Counted from the stretch's first letter, positions 9,813-20,821 are shown. The stretch is 64,000 bases of DNA from an uncultured Methanobrevibacter sp. (GCA_946408925.1 CAMJUE010000003.1:14628-78627), one strand, 5' to 3'. The notes: a model not told the origin generated them from the letters alone. A program made the numbers and translations.

Positions 9813-12800
9813 TTATTTTTCATTTCTCCTTGGAAGTATTAAAGTTAAAATAACCAACAATAACAGCAATATCGGATTTCCGGTTGCATTTTTATCAACT
9901 TTTGCGGAAGTCCTTAAACTGCTGTCAGCATTGCCAGTCTCATTATCTGTTTCATATTTATCTGAATCATCTTCGGTCGGTTCATCATCACCAGGAGTTA
10001 CATCATCATCGATTGGCTCATCATCCGGCATTTCATCATCGCCAGGTGTTGAGTTATCAGGTGTTGTCTGGTTGGTTTTGTTTTTAACCTCAACTGTTGC
10101 ATTTGCAGTAATATCTCCACTTGCAACTGTATTTGTCAGGTTGCCAACCTTTTCGGCATTGAATATTACAAACAGTGTAACTGTTTCGTTAGGTGTAATA
10201 TTTGTCCTTATGCTCCATGTGAAATTAGCACCCTCACTCCAGAATCCCTGTGAATCGATGAATGAATCATAGGTCAGTCCCTCTTCCGGCATTTCAATTA
10301 TTGTCAAATCAGTGATATTGACTTTACCGGTATTTTTAACTGTTATTTCAAAGTAGACCTTATCTCCAACAGTTACTGTCTTGTTTAGGGCAACTTTTTC
10401 AATGACATATTGAGGAACGACAACTTCAACCTCGTCGCTTGCTATTTTCGGTTCTGTCTTGTCTGAACTTCCAACGATGGAATTGACAAAGGTTCCAGGA
10501 TTTGTAGTGTTGAACACCATGAAGAATCCCAAGGCCTCATTCCTGTATAGCGGCATGTTCATTTTCCAAGACAGCTCATCATCTGATGCACCAAGCAATC
10601 CTGAAGCTGATAGTGAACCGGTCTGATACCATATTCCTGTATGGTCTTCAATGTGGTCGAATATCAGTCCGTTGAATGAATTTTCAGAAATTGTGACATT
10701 GTTTAGTACAACATCACCATTGTTTAGTACAATAACTTCAAATTTGATTTGACTTCCGGCAGCAACCAACGGATGGAGAGCTGTGATTTTAACTTCCAAA
10801 TTAGGATTGCCATCTTCAGCTTCGTGAACAGTTTCATTTACCCATACGGTAGCATTCACTGTTTTTGATACTGTCTCATCAGATCCTACAATGGCATAGT
10901 TTGTAAAGTTGCCGACATTGCTGGTATCAAATGTTACAAACAAACCTATTGTTTCACCAGGCGCCAACTCTTCCACCATAGTCCACTTGTTTTTACCGTC
11001 AACGACCTCATGTCTCCACAGGCCATCATGCCAATAATCTTTGTAGGTTAAACCTTCAAATGAATCCTCAATGATGTATACATTGTGAACATCGAATTCG
11101 CCGTCATTGAAGATGATTATTTCAAACATGGTCTGATTGCCTACCTTGGTAATCGGCATCAATGAAACCTTTCTTGAATCCAAATGAGGATATAGAACCT
11201 TAACACTGGCATTAGCGGTTTTATTCTCCAAAACAGTAGAGTTTACAACAATTGTATTGTTGAAAGTTCCCATAGCTGTTGTGTTGAAGTAAACAAACAG
11301 GGAAACTGTTTCCTTTGGAGCAAAATCACTGACTAATGTCCAAACGTTTTTTCCGTTGACAATTGAGTGTTTCCATAATGGTGATTCTGTGTAGCTGTCA
11401 AATACCAATCCTTCAAATGAGTCTTCAGTTACGGTCAGTCCTTTAACTGCAACATTGTCAGTATTGTGAAGGACTATTTCAAACTCAGCCTTCTGGCCAA
11501 CGATAACGACAGGCTTTAAAGCAATCTTTTCAATTGCAATATTCGGCTGGTAAGGTCTGACATTTATTGTTACGGATGAAATGTTTTCATCTCCATTTTC
11601 ACACTCCACAATAGCCACATTGGTTATTGGACCATATGAAGTCAATAAACATGTATAGGAAATGTTGATGATTTCTCCAACATCCAATTCTTCAATTGAC
11701 CAAACATTGCCGATGAATCTTCCCTTGTTTGAGGAACTGTTAATCAGTTGCAATCCTTCAGGAAGATTATCCCTGACCATCACATTTATGGCCTTGCCTT
11801 TGCCTGTGTTGTTGACAATGACTGTATATACAACAGTATCGCCCCCATAATATCGTTTATCATCAACAGTCTTAATGATTGACAATACCGGAGGGTTAAT
11901 CCTAATCAGACCTGATTTTATAACAGTATTTTCAAGTTTTGACCCGTCATAAGTACCGTTGACAATCCTTTCACCGGCCATGAAGTCAACTGTGTAGTTG
12001 AAGCTGACTGCACCTTCAATTGCCTCCAATGAATAATGATTACCATTGATTGTGACACTGATGTTTTGGCCTGTAATGGTATTTCCCATATCATCGGTGA
12101 GGTTTGCAAAGATTAAAACCACATCACCAAATTCGGCAGCAATTTTTTTCCCGCCAATGAATGTCAAATAGGAAATACCTATTGAATTGATATTATAGAT
12201 ATCCCTTCCCAAATCTGCTTTTGAATCAACTACAGTATTGTTTTTCACAGTCAAATTCAAATCATTGTAGATAACACCACCAGTACTGGCATTTGTATTA
12301 CTAAAAATGTTATTTGACAATGTTGCAATACTGTGGGTGTAAATTGCTCCGCCAATTTTAGCGGTTACATTGAATATCTTATTTGAATCAAATACTGTTT
12401 TAATTCCATTTGCATGATTATAGAAATATGCGGCACCACCTTTTAATGCCTTGGCATTAATGATTGTATTGTTTTTGAATGTGGATGTAGCGTCGAAATA
12501 TTCGGAAGTTCCAATGGCTCCTCCAAGATTGTTTGAAGAAGAATTGATAATCATGTTGTCAGTTACGATTAAATTGAATCCATATATTGCACCACCAAGA
12601 TAGGTAGCGGTACTGTTAATAATCAGATTTTCATATGCACGAGCGGATTCACCACCTATAGCACCGCCGCTTTTAGCGGAATTGTTTATGAATAAACATT
12701 TAAAGGATATATGATTCCATCCTCCTACTGCTCCGCCGACATCACCTGCACGATTATTGGTGAAGTTTGAATCTAATATTCTTGCTCCATAATGGGCATA

Positions 12801-14384
12801 AACCGCCCCTCCAGTTCCCAGTGCAGTATTATTGTTGAATGTAGAATTTTCAATTCTTAATCTGTTATTGCTGTGATAGTACCATTGATATATTGCACCA
12901 CCGGACCATGCGTAATTGTTTATGAATGTACATTTTCTTATTAAATCAGCTTCAAATATTGCTCCGCCATAGTAGTTTCCAGCACGGTTCTTTAATCCGT
13001 TGCCGTCAAAAGTGGATTCATAAAAATTAGCTGATTTGGCTGTTTTACCTGTATAAACTGCACCTCCTTGGAAATCAGCAGTGTTTTTCACAAATGATGA
13101 ATTGTGAATATTTGTTACTCCATCAAGATACATTGCCCCTCCCTGGGAGTTTGCATTGTTTTTTGTGAAATTGGAATTATAAACATTTATGTCGGATGAT
13201 CGTATAGCTCCACCATATATTGATTCACATTCACTGAAAGTGGAATTGTATATGTTGGCAATTCCGGATTCAGTGTATAATGCTCCTCCATTGGACTCTG
13301 CCGTATTTTTTGAAAATGTAGAATCAACTATAGCCAATCCATCAGTTACCAACAATCCTTTATAATAACTGGAAGCAGGCAAATTAGAAATATTTACTCC
13401 GCGATAGCTTAAATTAACAGGCGGAACATATCGAATGCTCATTCCTTGAACGATTACAGTAGAACCTAAAGAGTTATTAACGTTTGAATTTCTTCCCATA
13501 CAGAATGAAAATTCGGAATTGGTTATATTTATATTACTTCCAAACCCTATACTGTTTCGGGATTGAACTGTGACATTTTGTCCTATGGCAATTGACCATG
13601 AACCTCCCGCATATGCACCGGAGCTTCCATCACTTCCAGATTCATGAGATGGTTTAATCACTTTATTGGTTTTTTTCCAATAAACAGATCCTCCAGCACC
13701 AGCAGCCCTATTATTCGAGAAATTGGAATTTATAATGATTGTTGAATTTGCAATTATATACATTCCAGCACCAAATCCTGCTGAGTTATCACAAAAACGG
13801 GTATTGTTCACAACCAAGCTTAATCCGTCATAGTAGATTGCTCCACCTAAGTTTGCAGTACAGTTAGTGAAAGTACAATTATTAATGAATCCGCTGGTCC
13901 CGTTATAGTAGATTGCAGCTCCATTATCCTTAGCGTAAGCATTGACAAAATTGACTTCGGAAATATACAATGATCCGTTGTTTATCACAAACAGCCTTGA
14001 AACATTTCCCCCATCAATTGTATAGTTGTTTCCAATAAGAATTAATGTAGAGTTTATCTCAATACCATCTGTTGGGTCACCCTCCTTATAGGTGTAATTC
14101 CTATCCAATGTACATACTCCTCCACGAATCCTGTTTTTCAAATCGGTTAGGGAACCCGGACTGCTTGGAGATATTGGATTAATTCCAGGACGTTCAAGAG
14201 TTTCATCGCTTTCATCCTCTCCAATGATATCATCAACAATTCCAGTTTCAAGAGTATCCTCTTTTAAATCACTGACTGCAGTTGTGATTGTTTCATTAAC
14301 CCCGTCATCTGCTGCACTCACAAAACCTATGCTTAAACATGAAATAATAATTAATGTTAAAATCAGTAGATGTTTGCCTTTCAT
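9813..14384 (-). CDS. adhesin-like surface protein (Pmp/pectin-lyase-like beta-helix repeats, about six DUF11 Ig-like domains, C-terminal anchor)
   Basis: Signal peptide, many GGAI(Y)/FxxN repeats, repeated K....VG..V.FEI.V.N.G units, an acidic Pro linker, then NATGNP + TM + RRNEK. Confidence 0.88.
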   Translation of the reverse strand: MKGKHLLILTLIIISCLSIGFVSAADDGVNETITTAVSDLKEDTLETGIVDDIIGEDESDETLERPGINPISPSSPGSLTDLKNRIRGGVCTLDRNYTYKEGDPTDGIEINSTLILIGNNYTIDGGNVSRLFVINNGSLYISEVNFVNAYAKDNGAAIYYNGTSGFINNCTFTNCTANLGGAIYYDGLSLVVNNTRFCDNSAGFGAGMYIIANSTIIINSNFSNNRAAGAGGSVYWKKTNKVIKPSHESGSDGSSGAYAGGSWSIAIGQNVTVQSRNSIGFGSNINITNSEFSFCMGRNSNVNNSLGSTVIVQGMSIRYVPPVNLSYRGVNISNLPASSYYKGLLVTDGLAIVDSTFSKNTAESNGGALYTESGIANIYNSTFSECESIYGGAIRSSDINVYNSNFTKNNANSQGGAMYLDGVTNIHNSSFVKNTADFQGGAVYTGKTAKSANFYESTFDGNGLKNRAGNYYGGAIFEADLIRKCTFINNYAWSGGAIYQWYYHSNNRLRIENSTFNNNTALGTGGAVYAHYGARILDSNFTNNRAGDVGGAVGGWNHISFKCLFINNSAKSGGAIGGESARAYENLIINSTATYLGGAIYGFNLIVTDNMIINSSSNNLGGAIGTSEYFDATSTFKNNTIINAKALKGGAAYFYNHANGIKTVFDSNKIFNVTAKIGGAIYTHSIATLSNNIFSNTNASTGGVIYNDLNLTVKNNTVVDSKADLGRDIYNINSIGISYLTFIGGKKIAAEFGDVVLIFANLTDDMGNTITGQNISVTINGNHYSLEAIEGAVSFNYTVDFMAGERIVNGTYDGSKLENTVIKSGLIRINPPVLSIIKTVDDKRYYGGDTVVYTVIVNNTGKGKAINVMVRDNLPEGLQLINSSSNKGRFIGNVWSIEELDVGEIINISYTCLLTSYGPITNVAIVECENGDENISSVTINVRPYQPNIAIEKIALKPVVIVGQKAEFEIVLHNTDNVAVKGLTVTEDSFEGLVFDSYTESPLWKHSIVNGKNVWTLVSDFAPKETVSLFVYFNTTAMGTFNNTIVVNSTVLENKTANASVKVLYPHLDSRKVSLMPITKVGNQTMFEIIIFNDGEFDVHNVYIIEDSFEGLTYKDYWHDGLWRHEVVDGKNKWTMVEELAPGETIGLFVTFDTSNVGNFTNYAIVGSDETVSKTVNATVWVNETVHEAEDGNPNLEVKITALHPLVAAGSQIKFEVIVLNNGDVVLNNVTISENSFNGLIFDHIEDHTGIWYQTGSLSASGLLGASDDELSWKMNMPLYRNEALGFFMVFNTTNPGTFVNSIVGSSDKTEPKIASDEVEVVVPQYVIEKVALNKTVTVGDKVYFEITVKNTGKVNITDLTIIEMPEEGLTYDSFIDSQGFWSEGANFTWSIRTNITPNETVTLFVIFNAEKVGNLTNTVASGDITANATVEVKNKTNQTTPDNSTPGDDEMPDDEPIDDDVTPGDDEPTEDDSDKYETDNETGNADSSLRTSAKVDKNATGNPILLLLLVILTLILPRRNEK

Positions 14385-14742
14385 ATTTTCACCTCCCTTT
14401 ACAATCGATTAAATGGCAAAAATATAACCATCGATATAATATATAATTATATTAATATATAAAATTAACCAAAATGATAAAAAATAAAAAAATAATTATA
14501 CAGTTAAAAAAAATTAAATAAAAAAATTAATATATTGGAAATATTTTTAAAAATTAATAGTTATACTGGATAATGTCAAAAATATACTGTACAAATAAAC
14601 ATGAAATTTGAATAAATATCATAACTGTATATAAAACAATATTTTCTATAAACGGTTCCATAAATCACATTTAAAAATTTAACATGGCAACTGATTGAAA
14701 AAACATTAAAATACATTATCCAACATAATATTGTAAGGTAGT

Positions 14743-16893
14743 ATGATGATAGTTAAAACACTTGAAGAGGAATTAAATCTTGCAGATTGGCAAGTGAAAA
14801 AAGTAATTAAGCTTATTGATGACGGTAACACAATACCATTTATTGCAAGATACAGAAAAGATGTTACCGGTTCACTAAATGATGAAACACTGCGTAAATT
14901 TGATGAAAGACTGAAATACCTTCGCAACCTTCAAGACAAAAAGGAAAAAATCATTAAAAGAATCGAGGAGCTTGGAAAGCTGGACGATGATTTAAAAAAA
15001 CAAATACTGAATGCAAAAACCCTGGTTGAACTTGAAGATTTGTATCGTCCATTCAAATCCAAAAAGCAAACCCGTGCAAGCAAAGCCCGTGACAAAGGCC
15101 TTGAACCGTTGGCAGACATAATCCTTGCCCAGAAAGTAAAGGAAAGCATTAAAAATATCGCTAAAAAATACGTTACAGATGAGGTAAAAACCCCTGAAGA
15201 AGCTATTGAAGGTGCCAAGGACATCATTGCAGAGGTGGTTTCGGACAATTCAACATTCAGAAAGAAAATCAGGAAAAACACTTTCCACACCGGTCAGATT
15301 GAAACAAAAGCAAAGGACAAGGACACATCCACAGAATATGACCTGTACTACAACTACGCCGAAGGCATTAAAAAGATACCTCCCCACAGGATACTGGCAA
15401 TTAACAGAGCTGAAAAGGAAGGAGTCATTAGAGTTAAGCTTACCTGTGATGCGGATGAGGTTTTAAGGTACTTGAATCGCCATATGCTTAAAAACATCTC
15501 AAAAATTCCTGAAAAAATCGAATACAACAGATATACAACACCAATAATAAAGGAAGCCGTTGCTGATGCTTACAAGAGATTGATTTCACCTGCAATTGAG
15601 AGGGAAATCCGAAATTACCTCACCGAAAAGGCCGAGAAAAAATCCATTGAGGTGTTTGCCAAAAACCTAAATCAGCTTCTTATGGAATCACCGCTTGTCG
15701 GAAAAACAATTCTCGGATGGGATCCGGCTTTTAAAACAGGATGCAAACTAGCAATAATTGATGAGACAGGAAAGGTGCTTGACACAGCACTGATTTATCC
15801 GACAGCACCTCAAAAAAAGATTAGGGAATCCGTTAAAACGGTGCGTGATTTGATTGACAAGTATGACATCAATGTCATTGCCATAGGAAACGGTACAGCA
15901 TCCAGGGAATCCGAAGAGATTGTGGCCCAGATAATAAAAAACACCAATGTGGAATATATAATAGTCAATGAGGCCGGTGCATCAGTTTACTCAGCATCAA
16001 AACTAGCCGATGAAGAGTTTCCGGATTTCTCAGAAGGTGAACGCAGCGCTGTTTCAATTGCAAGACGTCTGCAGGATCCGCTGGCCGAACTTGTTAAAAT
16101 CGACCCCAAATCCATTGGTGTCGGCCAGTACCAGCATGACATGAACCAAAAGCAGCTGACTGAATCATTGGCCGGTGTTGTCGAGAAGGTCGTGAATGAG
16201 GTTGGCGTGGATTTAAACACCGCTTCTGTAAGTCTTCTCAATTACGTTTCAGGCATAGGAAACACTACCGCCAAAAACATCATAAACTATCGTGAGGAAA
16301 ACGGCAGTTTCAACTCAAGATCAGAACTTCTGAATGTTAAAAAGCTTGGTAAAAAGACCTATGAGCAGTGTGCAGGTTTTATAAAGGTCGACAATCCCGA
16401 ACACCCCTTGGACAACACCACCATTCACCCGGAGTCCTATGATGCCACTTTCAAATTACTGAAAAAGCTGAACTACTCTGTAAACGACATTGGAAAAAGC
16501 AGCTTTAAAGTTAAAAACATCAACATTGATGAAATCTCAGATGAATTGAACATCGGTGAGGAGACTTTAAAAGACATCATAAAGGAATTGGAAAAACCGG
16601 GCCGTGACCCAAGGGAGGATATGCCAAAACCGGTTTTAAGGAAAAACGTCTTGTCAATTGATGATTTAGAAATAGGCATGGTGATGCAGGGAACTGTCAG
16701 AAATATTGTGGATTTCGGTGCATTTGTAGATATTGGAGTTCATCAGGACGGTCTTGTCCATATATCACAGCTGGTTGAAGACAGATTCGTTAAACATCCT
16801 CTTGATATTGTCAGCGTTGGCGATATTGTTGATGTGAAGGTCTTGGATGTAGACACAAAACGCAACAGGATTAATCTTTCAATGATAGTTTAA
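14743..16893 (+). CDS. tex: Tex family RNA-binding transcriptional accessory protein
   Basis: GNTIPFIARYRK, LEDLYRP, DPAFKTGCK, IGNGTASRE, ARRLQDPLAELVKIDPKSIGVGQYQHD, C-terminal S1 domain. Confidence 0.92.
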   Translation: MMIVKTLEEELNLADWQVKKVIKLIDDGNTIPFIARYRKDVTGSLNDETLRKFDERLKYLRNLQDKKEKIIKRIEELGKLDDDLKKQILNAKTLVELEDLYRPFKSKKQTRASKARDKGLEPLADIILAQKVKESIKNIAKKYVTDEVKTPEEAIEGAKDIIAEVVSDNSTFRKKIRKNTFHTGQIETKAKDKDTSTEYDLYYNYAEGIKKIPPHRILAINRAEKEGVIRVKLTCDADEVLRYLNRHMLKNISKIPEKIEYNRYTTPIIKEAVADAYKRLISPAIEREIRNYLTEKAEKKSIEVFAKNLNQLLMESPLVGKTILGWDPAFKTGCKLAIIDETGKVLDTALIYPTAPQKKIRESVKTVRDLIDKYDINVIAIGNGTASRESEEIVAQIIKNTNVEYIIVNEAGASVYSASKLADEEFPDFSEGERSAVSIARRLQDPLAELVKIDPKSIGVGQYQHDMNQKQLTESLAGVVEKVVNEVGVDLNTASVSLLNYVSGIGNTTAKNIINYREENGSFNSRSELLNVKKLGKKTYEQCAGFIKVDNPEHPLDNTTIHPESYDATFKLLKKLNYSVNDIGKSSFKVKNINIDEISDELNIGEETLKDIIKELEKPGRDPREDMPKPVLRKNVLSIDDLEIGMVMQGTVRNIVDFGAFVDIGVHQDGLVHISQLVEDRFVKHPLDIVSVGDIVDVKVLDVDTKRNRINLSMIV

Positions 16894-16955
16894 TATATCT
16901 TAAAATCAATATTGTATAATGAATAAAAAATTAATTTTATAGAAGGGATTTTTAA

Positions 16956-17978
16956 ATGACACCAAAAATAATGATTATTCTTGGAAGTGGATCAGATATC
17001 GCTATTGCAGAAAAAGCCATGGACATATTGGATAAACTAGAAATACCATACAGTTTAAAAATCGCATCTGCACATAGAACTCCGAATTTAGTACGTGAAA
17101 TTGTACAGCAGGGTACAGATGCCGGAATTGAAGTGTTTATTGGAATTGCCGGACTGGCCGCACATCTGCCGGGTACGATAGCAGCATATACACCTAGACC
17201 TGTTATTGGAGTGCCAGTGGATGTTAAGACCGGAGGTATTGATGCATTGCAATCAATTGTTCAAATGCCATATCCATCCCCAATAGCCACTGTTGGAATA
17301 GACCGTGGAGACAATGCAGCAATACTTGCAGCGCAGTTTATTGGCCTTCATGATGATGAAGTGCACAGGAAAGTTATTGAACTTAGAAAGGAATATGCAA
17401 GAAAAGTAATTGACAGCAATGAAAGCATTGTCCAGCCTATTGACAGGCCGTTTATTGAAAATGATTTCTTAAGAATTAAAAATCTCGAGATAAATAAAGC
17501 TGAATTTGATGAAAGCGAAGTGAACTGTAAAAATAAAGATGCAGAAGTGGTCATTGTTGTTGGAAGACAGAATGATGTCGCAACAGCTAAAAAGATTACA
17601 AAGATTTTAGAAAGACTTAAGATTAGTTATGATTTGAAGGTTGTCTGTCCGATTAGAAACAACAAGAAATTCATTAATTATGTCAAATGCATGAAAAATG
17701 CAAAGGTTTTCATTGGAATCAGCTCCAACTCATCACAGGTTACAGGAGGACTTGTAGGTTTGACCGCAAGACCTGTTATAGGTGTGCCTTGTACCAATGA
17801 ATATGGTGATAATTATATGCTTACAACAGTCAGCATGCCACCTGGAGTTCCTGTTGCAACAATGGGAGTCAACAACGGTAAAAACGCCGCAGTACTGACA
17901 GGTGAAATATTTGCAATCGGAAATCCTGAAATCGTCCAGCTTCTTGACAAATTGAAAGACAAAAAGATAAACTTATAA
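16956..17978 (+). CDS. purE: N5-carboxyaminoimidazole ribonucleotide mutase, tandem PurE domains
   Basis: [26 protein letters not shown] and SIVQMP in domain 1. The second domain is divergent PurE-like ([14 protein letters not shown]). Confidence 0.85.
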   Translation: MTPKIMIILGSGSDIAIAEKAMDILDKLEIPYSLKIASAHRTPNLVREIVQQGTDAGIEVFIGIAGLAAHLPGTIAAYTPRPVIGVPVDVKTGGIDALQSIVQMPYPSPIATVGIDRGDNAAILAAQFIGLHDDEVHRKVIELRKEYARKVIDSNESIVQPIDRPFIENDFLRIKNLEINKAEFDESEVNCKNKDAEVVIVVGRQNDVATAKKITKILERLKISYDLKVVCPIRNNKKFINYVKCMKNAKVFIGISSNSSQVTGGLVGLTARPVIGVPCTNEYGDNYMLTTVSMPPGVPVATMGVNNGKNAAVLTGEIFAIGNPEIVQLLDKLKDKKINL

Positions 17979-17990
17979 AAAGTGATAATT

Positions 17991-19247
17991 ATGAAACTTA
18001 CAGATGAAAACATTATAGAAATCACTGACGAGCTGTCCAGTGAATATGAAATCTCAAAAGTTCTAAGAAAGTATCCTAAAGATACTGTCATTGTTAAAAA
18101 TGTTGAAGGATATGATATGCCTGTTGTAACCGGTATCTGCAATACCCGTGACAAGATTGCTCGCTCAATCAACTGTGAAGTGTCCGAGATTACAGAAAAA
18201 ATCATAGACGCAATGGAAAACCCAGTGGAAGTTACCAGATTCACTGACTTTTCCGAATATGACACTTCAGAAATTGACTTAAGTAAAATCCCGATTCTTA
18301 CTCATTATAAGCGTGACGGAGGAGCATACATTACCGCAGGTGTCGTGTTTGCACGTGATCCTAAAACAGGTATCCAGAACGCTTCAATCCACCGTATGAT
18401 GGTTCTTGACGACAAAAGACTGGTTATTCGTATAGTTCCAAGAAACCTCTACACCTACTTCCAGAATGCTCAGGAGATTGGTGAGGACTTGGACATTGCA
18501 ATAGCCATCGGAATGGATCCGGCAATACTTCTTGCAAGCACAACCTCAATACCAATCGACTACAATGAGATGGAAGTTGCAAACGCATTCAAGAACGGTG
18601 AGTTAGAACTCATCAAATGCGGAGATTTGGAGGTTCCTCAGGCCGACATCATCCTTGAAGGTAAGATTTCAGTCACCGAGACCGTTGCCGAAGGACCATT
18701 TGTGGATTTAACAGATACTTACGATATCATACGTGACCAGCCAATAATCAATCTGGAAAAGATGCACATCAAAAAGGACAATCCGTGCTATCATGCAATT
18801 GTTCCTGCAGGATTTGAACACAAGTTATTACAGGGTCTTCCTCAGGAACCAAGGATTTACAAGGCAGTTAAAAATGCAGTTCCTACAGTGGAAAATGTTG
18901 TCCTCACCGAAGGAGGCTGCTGCTGGCTGCATGCTGTAGTTTCAATCAACAAACAGACCGAAGGTGACGGTAAAAACGCCATCATGGCAGCATTGTCCGC
19001 ACACCCTTCACTCAAGCATTGCGTTGCGGTGGACACCGACGTCAACATATTTGACGCTGAGGATGTCGAATATGCAATAGCTACACGTGTAAAAGGAGAC
19101 CGTGACATAATGATTGTTCCGAATGTCCGTGGATCTTCCCTGGATCCGGTTGCTGAAAGTGACGGAACCACCACAAAGATTGGTGTGGACGCTACAAAAT
19201 CACTTAAGACATTGGAAAAATTCGAAAGAGTTAGTTTTGGCGAATAG
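17991..19247 (+). CDS. UbiD-family prFMN-dependent decarboxylase (probable anhydromevalonate phosphate decarboxylase)
   Basis: [43 protein letters not shown]. The substrate is inferred from the archaeal modified mevalonate pathway. Confidence 0.8.
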   Translation: MKLTDENIIEITDELSSEYEISKVLRKYPKDTVIVKNVEGYDMPVVTGICNTRDKIARSINCEVSEITEKIIDAMENPVEVTRFTDFSEYDTSEIDLSKIPILTHYKRDGGAYITAGVVFARDPKTGIQNASIHRMMVLDDKRLVIRIVPRNLYTYFQNAQEIGEDLDIAIAIGMDPAILLASTTSIPIDYNEMEVANAFKNGELELIKCGDLEVPQADIILEGKISVTETVAEGPFVDLTDTYDIIRDQPIINLEKMHIKKDNPCYHAIVPAGFEHKLLQGLPQEPRIYKAVKNAVPTVENVVLTEGGCCWLHAVVSINKQTEGDGKNAIMAALSAHPSLKHCVAVDTDVNIFDAEDVEYAIATRVKGDRDIMIVPNVRGSSLDPVAESDGTTTKIGVDATKSLKTLEKFERVSFGE

Positions 19248-19275
19248 AACTAACTTTCAAATTCCTTTTTTTATT
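19229..19275 (+). terminator. stop-spanning hairpin plus T-tract
   Basis: AGTTAGTT...AACTAACT inverted repeat around the UbiD stop, followed by CCTTTTTTTATTT. Confidence 0.45.
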
Positions 19276-19349
19276 TAAATTTAATTAAAACTAAAACTAA
19301 CACCTACTTTAACAATAATAACATATATAATCATTAAAACGAGGCAAAT

Positions 19350-19902
19350 ATGAAAAAGAGCTTATTTATAATGGCAGTTTCATTCATATTGCTACTGTCA
19401 GTTACAGCAACATTCGCAAGTGATGTTAGTGACAATGAAACAATTGCCGATGAAATTATAATGGAAACCTTAAATGAGGTTGAAAGTCAGGATATGCTTT
19501 CACAGGATGTGAAAAGTGAAAAAGATGCAATTGATAGCGTAGATGAAAAGGATTTGTCAGCTGAAAGTGATATTTTAAAAGAAGCAGATGAATCTGAAAA
19601 AATGTATGGGTACTGGGTTAACAGTGCAGACATGAAAAATCTTAACCTGACTGACCTGAAAAAACACGGTGTAACCGACATACTGCTTAATTATTACGCA
19701 TATACTAGATTCAATCAAAGTGAAGTTGAACTGTTCATCAACGACGCCAATAATTCAGGAATCAAAAACAAATTCCAAAGGAATAGCTACTTTTAAAATT
19801 AAAAAATTAAGCAAAAAGGGTAAATACAGCGCAAAAATTACTTTCAAAAGCACTGCGCTTTACAATGGGTCTAACAAAAAAGTGAAAATTACCTTAAAAT
19901 AA
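19350..19902 (+). pseudogene. internally deleted, frameshifted adhesin-like protein with a putative glycoside-hydrolase-like N-domain
   Basis: Signal peptide + acidic spacer + GYWVNSADM...KKHGVTDILLN...ANNSGIK. Near 19765 the frame changes to a typical adhesin C-terminus, KTNSKGIATFKIKKLSKKGKYSAKITF...KVKITLK. Confidence 0.7.
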
Positions 19903-19916
19903 GAATCAAAAACTTA

Positions 19917-19940
19917 ATGGATGGATTCACCATCCACCAC
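19917..19940. terminator. hairpin between convergent genes
   Basis: TGGATGG-ATTCA-CCATCCA inverted repeat. Confidence 0.4.
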
Positions 19941-19948
19941 ACCATCAC

Positions 19949-20821
19949 TTAAATATTTCCAAGATAAACGTTCTCAATACCCTTTTCAAATGCAATTTCC
20001 CTTGCCTTAAACAGTATTTCTGCCCTTGTAGGCTCAATGTCATTCATCTTGTAATATGGAAATGCCCTTGAAAAATGCAGAGGCACTTCAGGACCCAGCT
20101 CATCCACCACAAAATCACACAGGTCTGAAATCTGTGATATTGAATCGTTATAATCATTAATTATTAAGTTTGTCACTTCCAAGTGTTTTCCTTCCATGTA
20201 TATTCTTCTTAAATTGTCCAGCACCACATCCAGATCCGCCCGGCATACCTTTTTGTAGAATTCCTCAGACATTGATTTCAAGTCCACGTTGAATGCATCG
20301 ACAAAGCCCAAAACCTCTTCAAGTGACTTGTCTGAAAAGTACCCGTTGGTTACATATATCACTTTCAGGTTTTTCTGCCTTGCAAGTAGAGAAGTTTTCT
20401 TGTTGAAGGGCATGTGTATCGTAGGTTCATTATAGGTCCAAGCAATTGACTTACAATTATAATTAAGTGCATTTTCCACAATCGCTTCTGAAGTTATCTT
20501 GATACCTCTTGAATAGTTATAGTATTCCTGTGATATCATATAGTTCTGGCAATGCAAACATGCCATGTTGCATCCAAAACCTCCGATTGAATATGTAAAA
20601 GTCCCGGGTAGAAAATGATTCAACGGCTTCTTTTCAACAGGATCCGGGCTTAAAGATGATACTATCCCATAGGATTCATCATACAGTTCCCCATTGATGT
20701 TTTTATGCTGTGCACATATGCCGACATTTCCCTCAGCGATTTTACAATAGTTTGCACATATTTCACACCTAATCTTTTGGGTCTTGGAACTCTTTTTGTA
20801 TAACTCCCTACTAACTAACAT
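19949..20821 (-). CDS. amrS: AmmeMemoRadiSam-type radical SAM enzyme (PFL-activase-like)
   Basis: CEICANYC N-terminal Cys cluster, DPVEKKPL.HF.PG, GCNMACLHCQN (CxxxCxxC), TYNEP, PLHFSR, VYLGN. Start moved to MLVSRE. Confidence 0.82.
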   Translation of the reverse strand: MLVSRELYKKSSKTQKIRCEICANYCKIAEGNVGICAQHKNINGELYDESYGIVSSLSPDPVEKKPLNHFLPGTFTYSIGGFGCNMACLHCQNYMISQEYYNYSRGIKITSEAIVENALNYNCKSIAWTYNEPTIHMPFNKKTSLLARQKNLKVIYVTNGYFSDKSLEEVLGFVDAFNVDLKSMSEEFYKKVCRADLDVVLDNLRRIYMEGKHLEVTNLIINDYNDSISQISDLCDFVVDELGPEVPLHFSRAFPYYKMNDIEPTRAEILFKAREIAFEKGIENVYLGNI

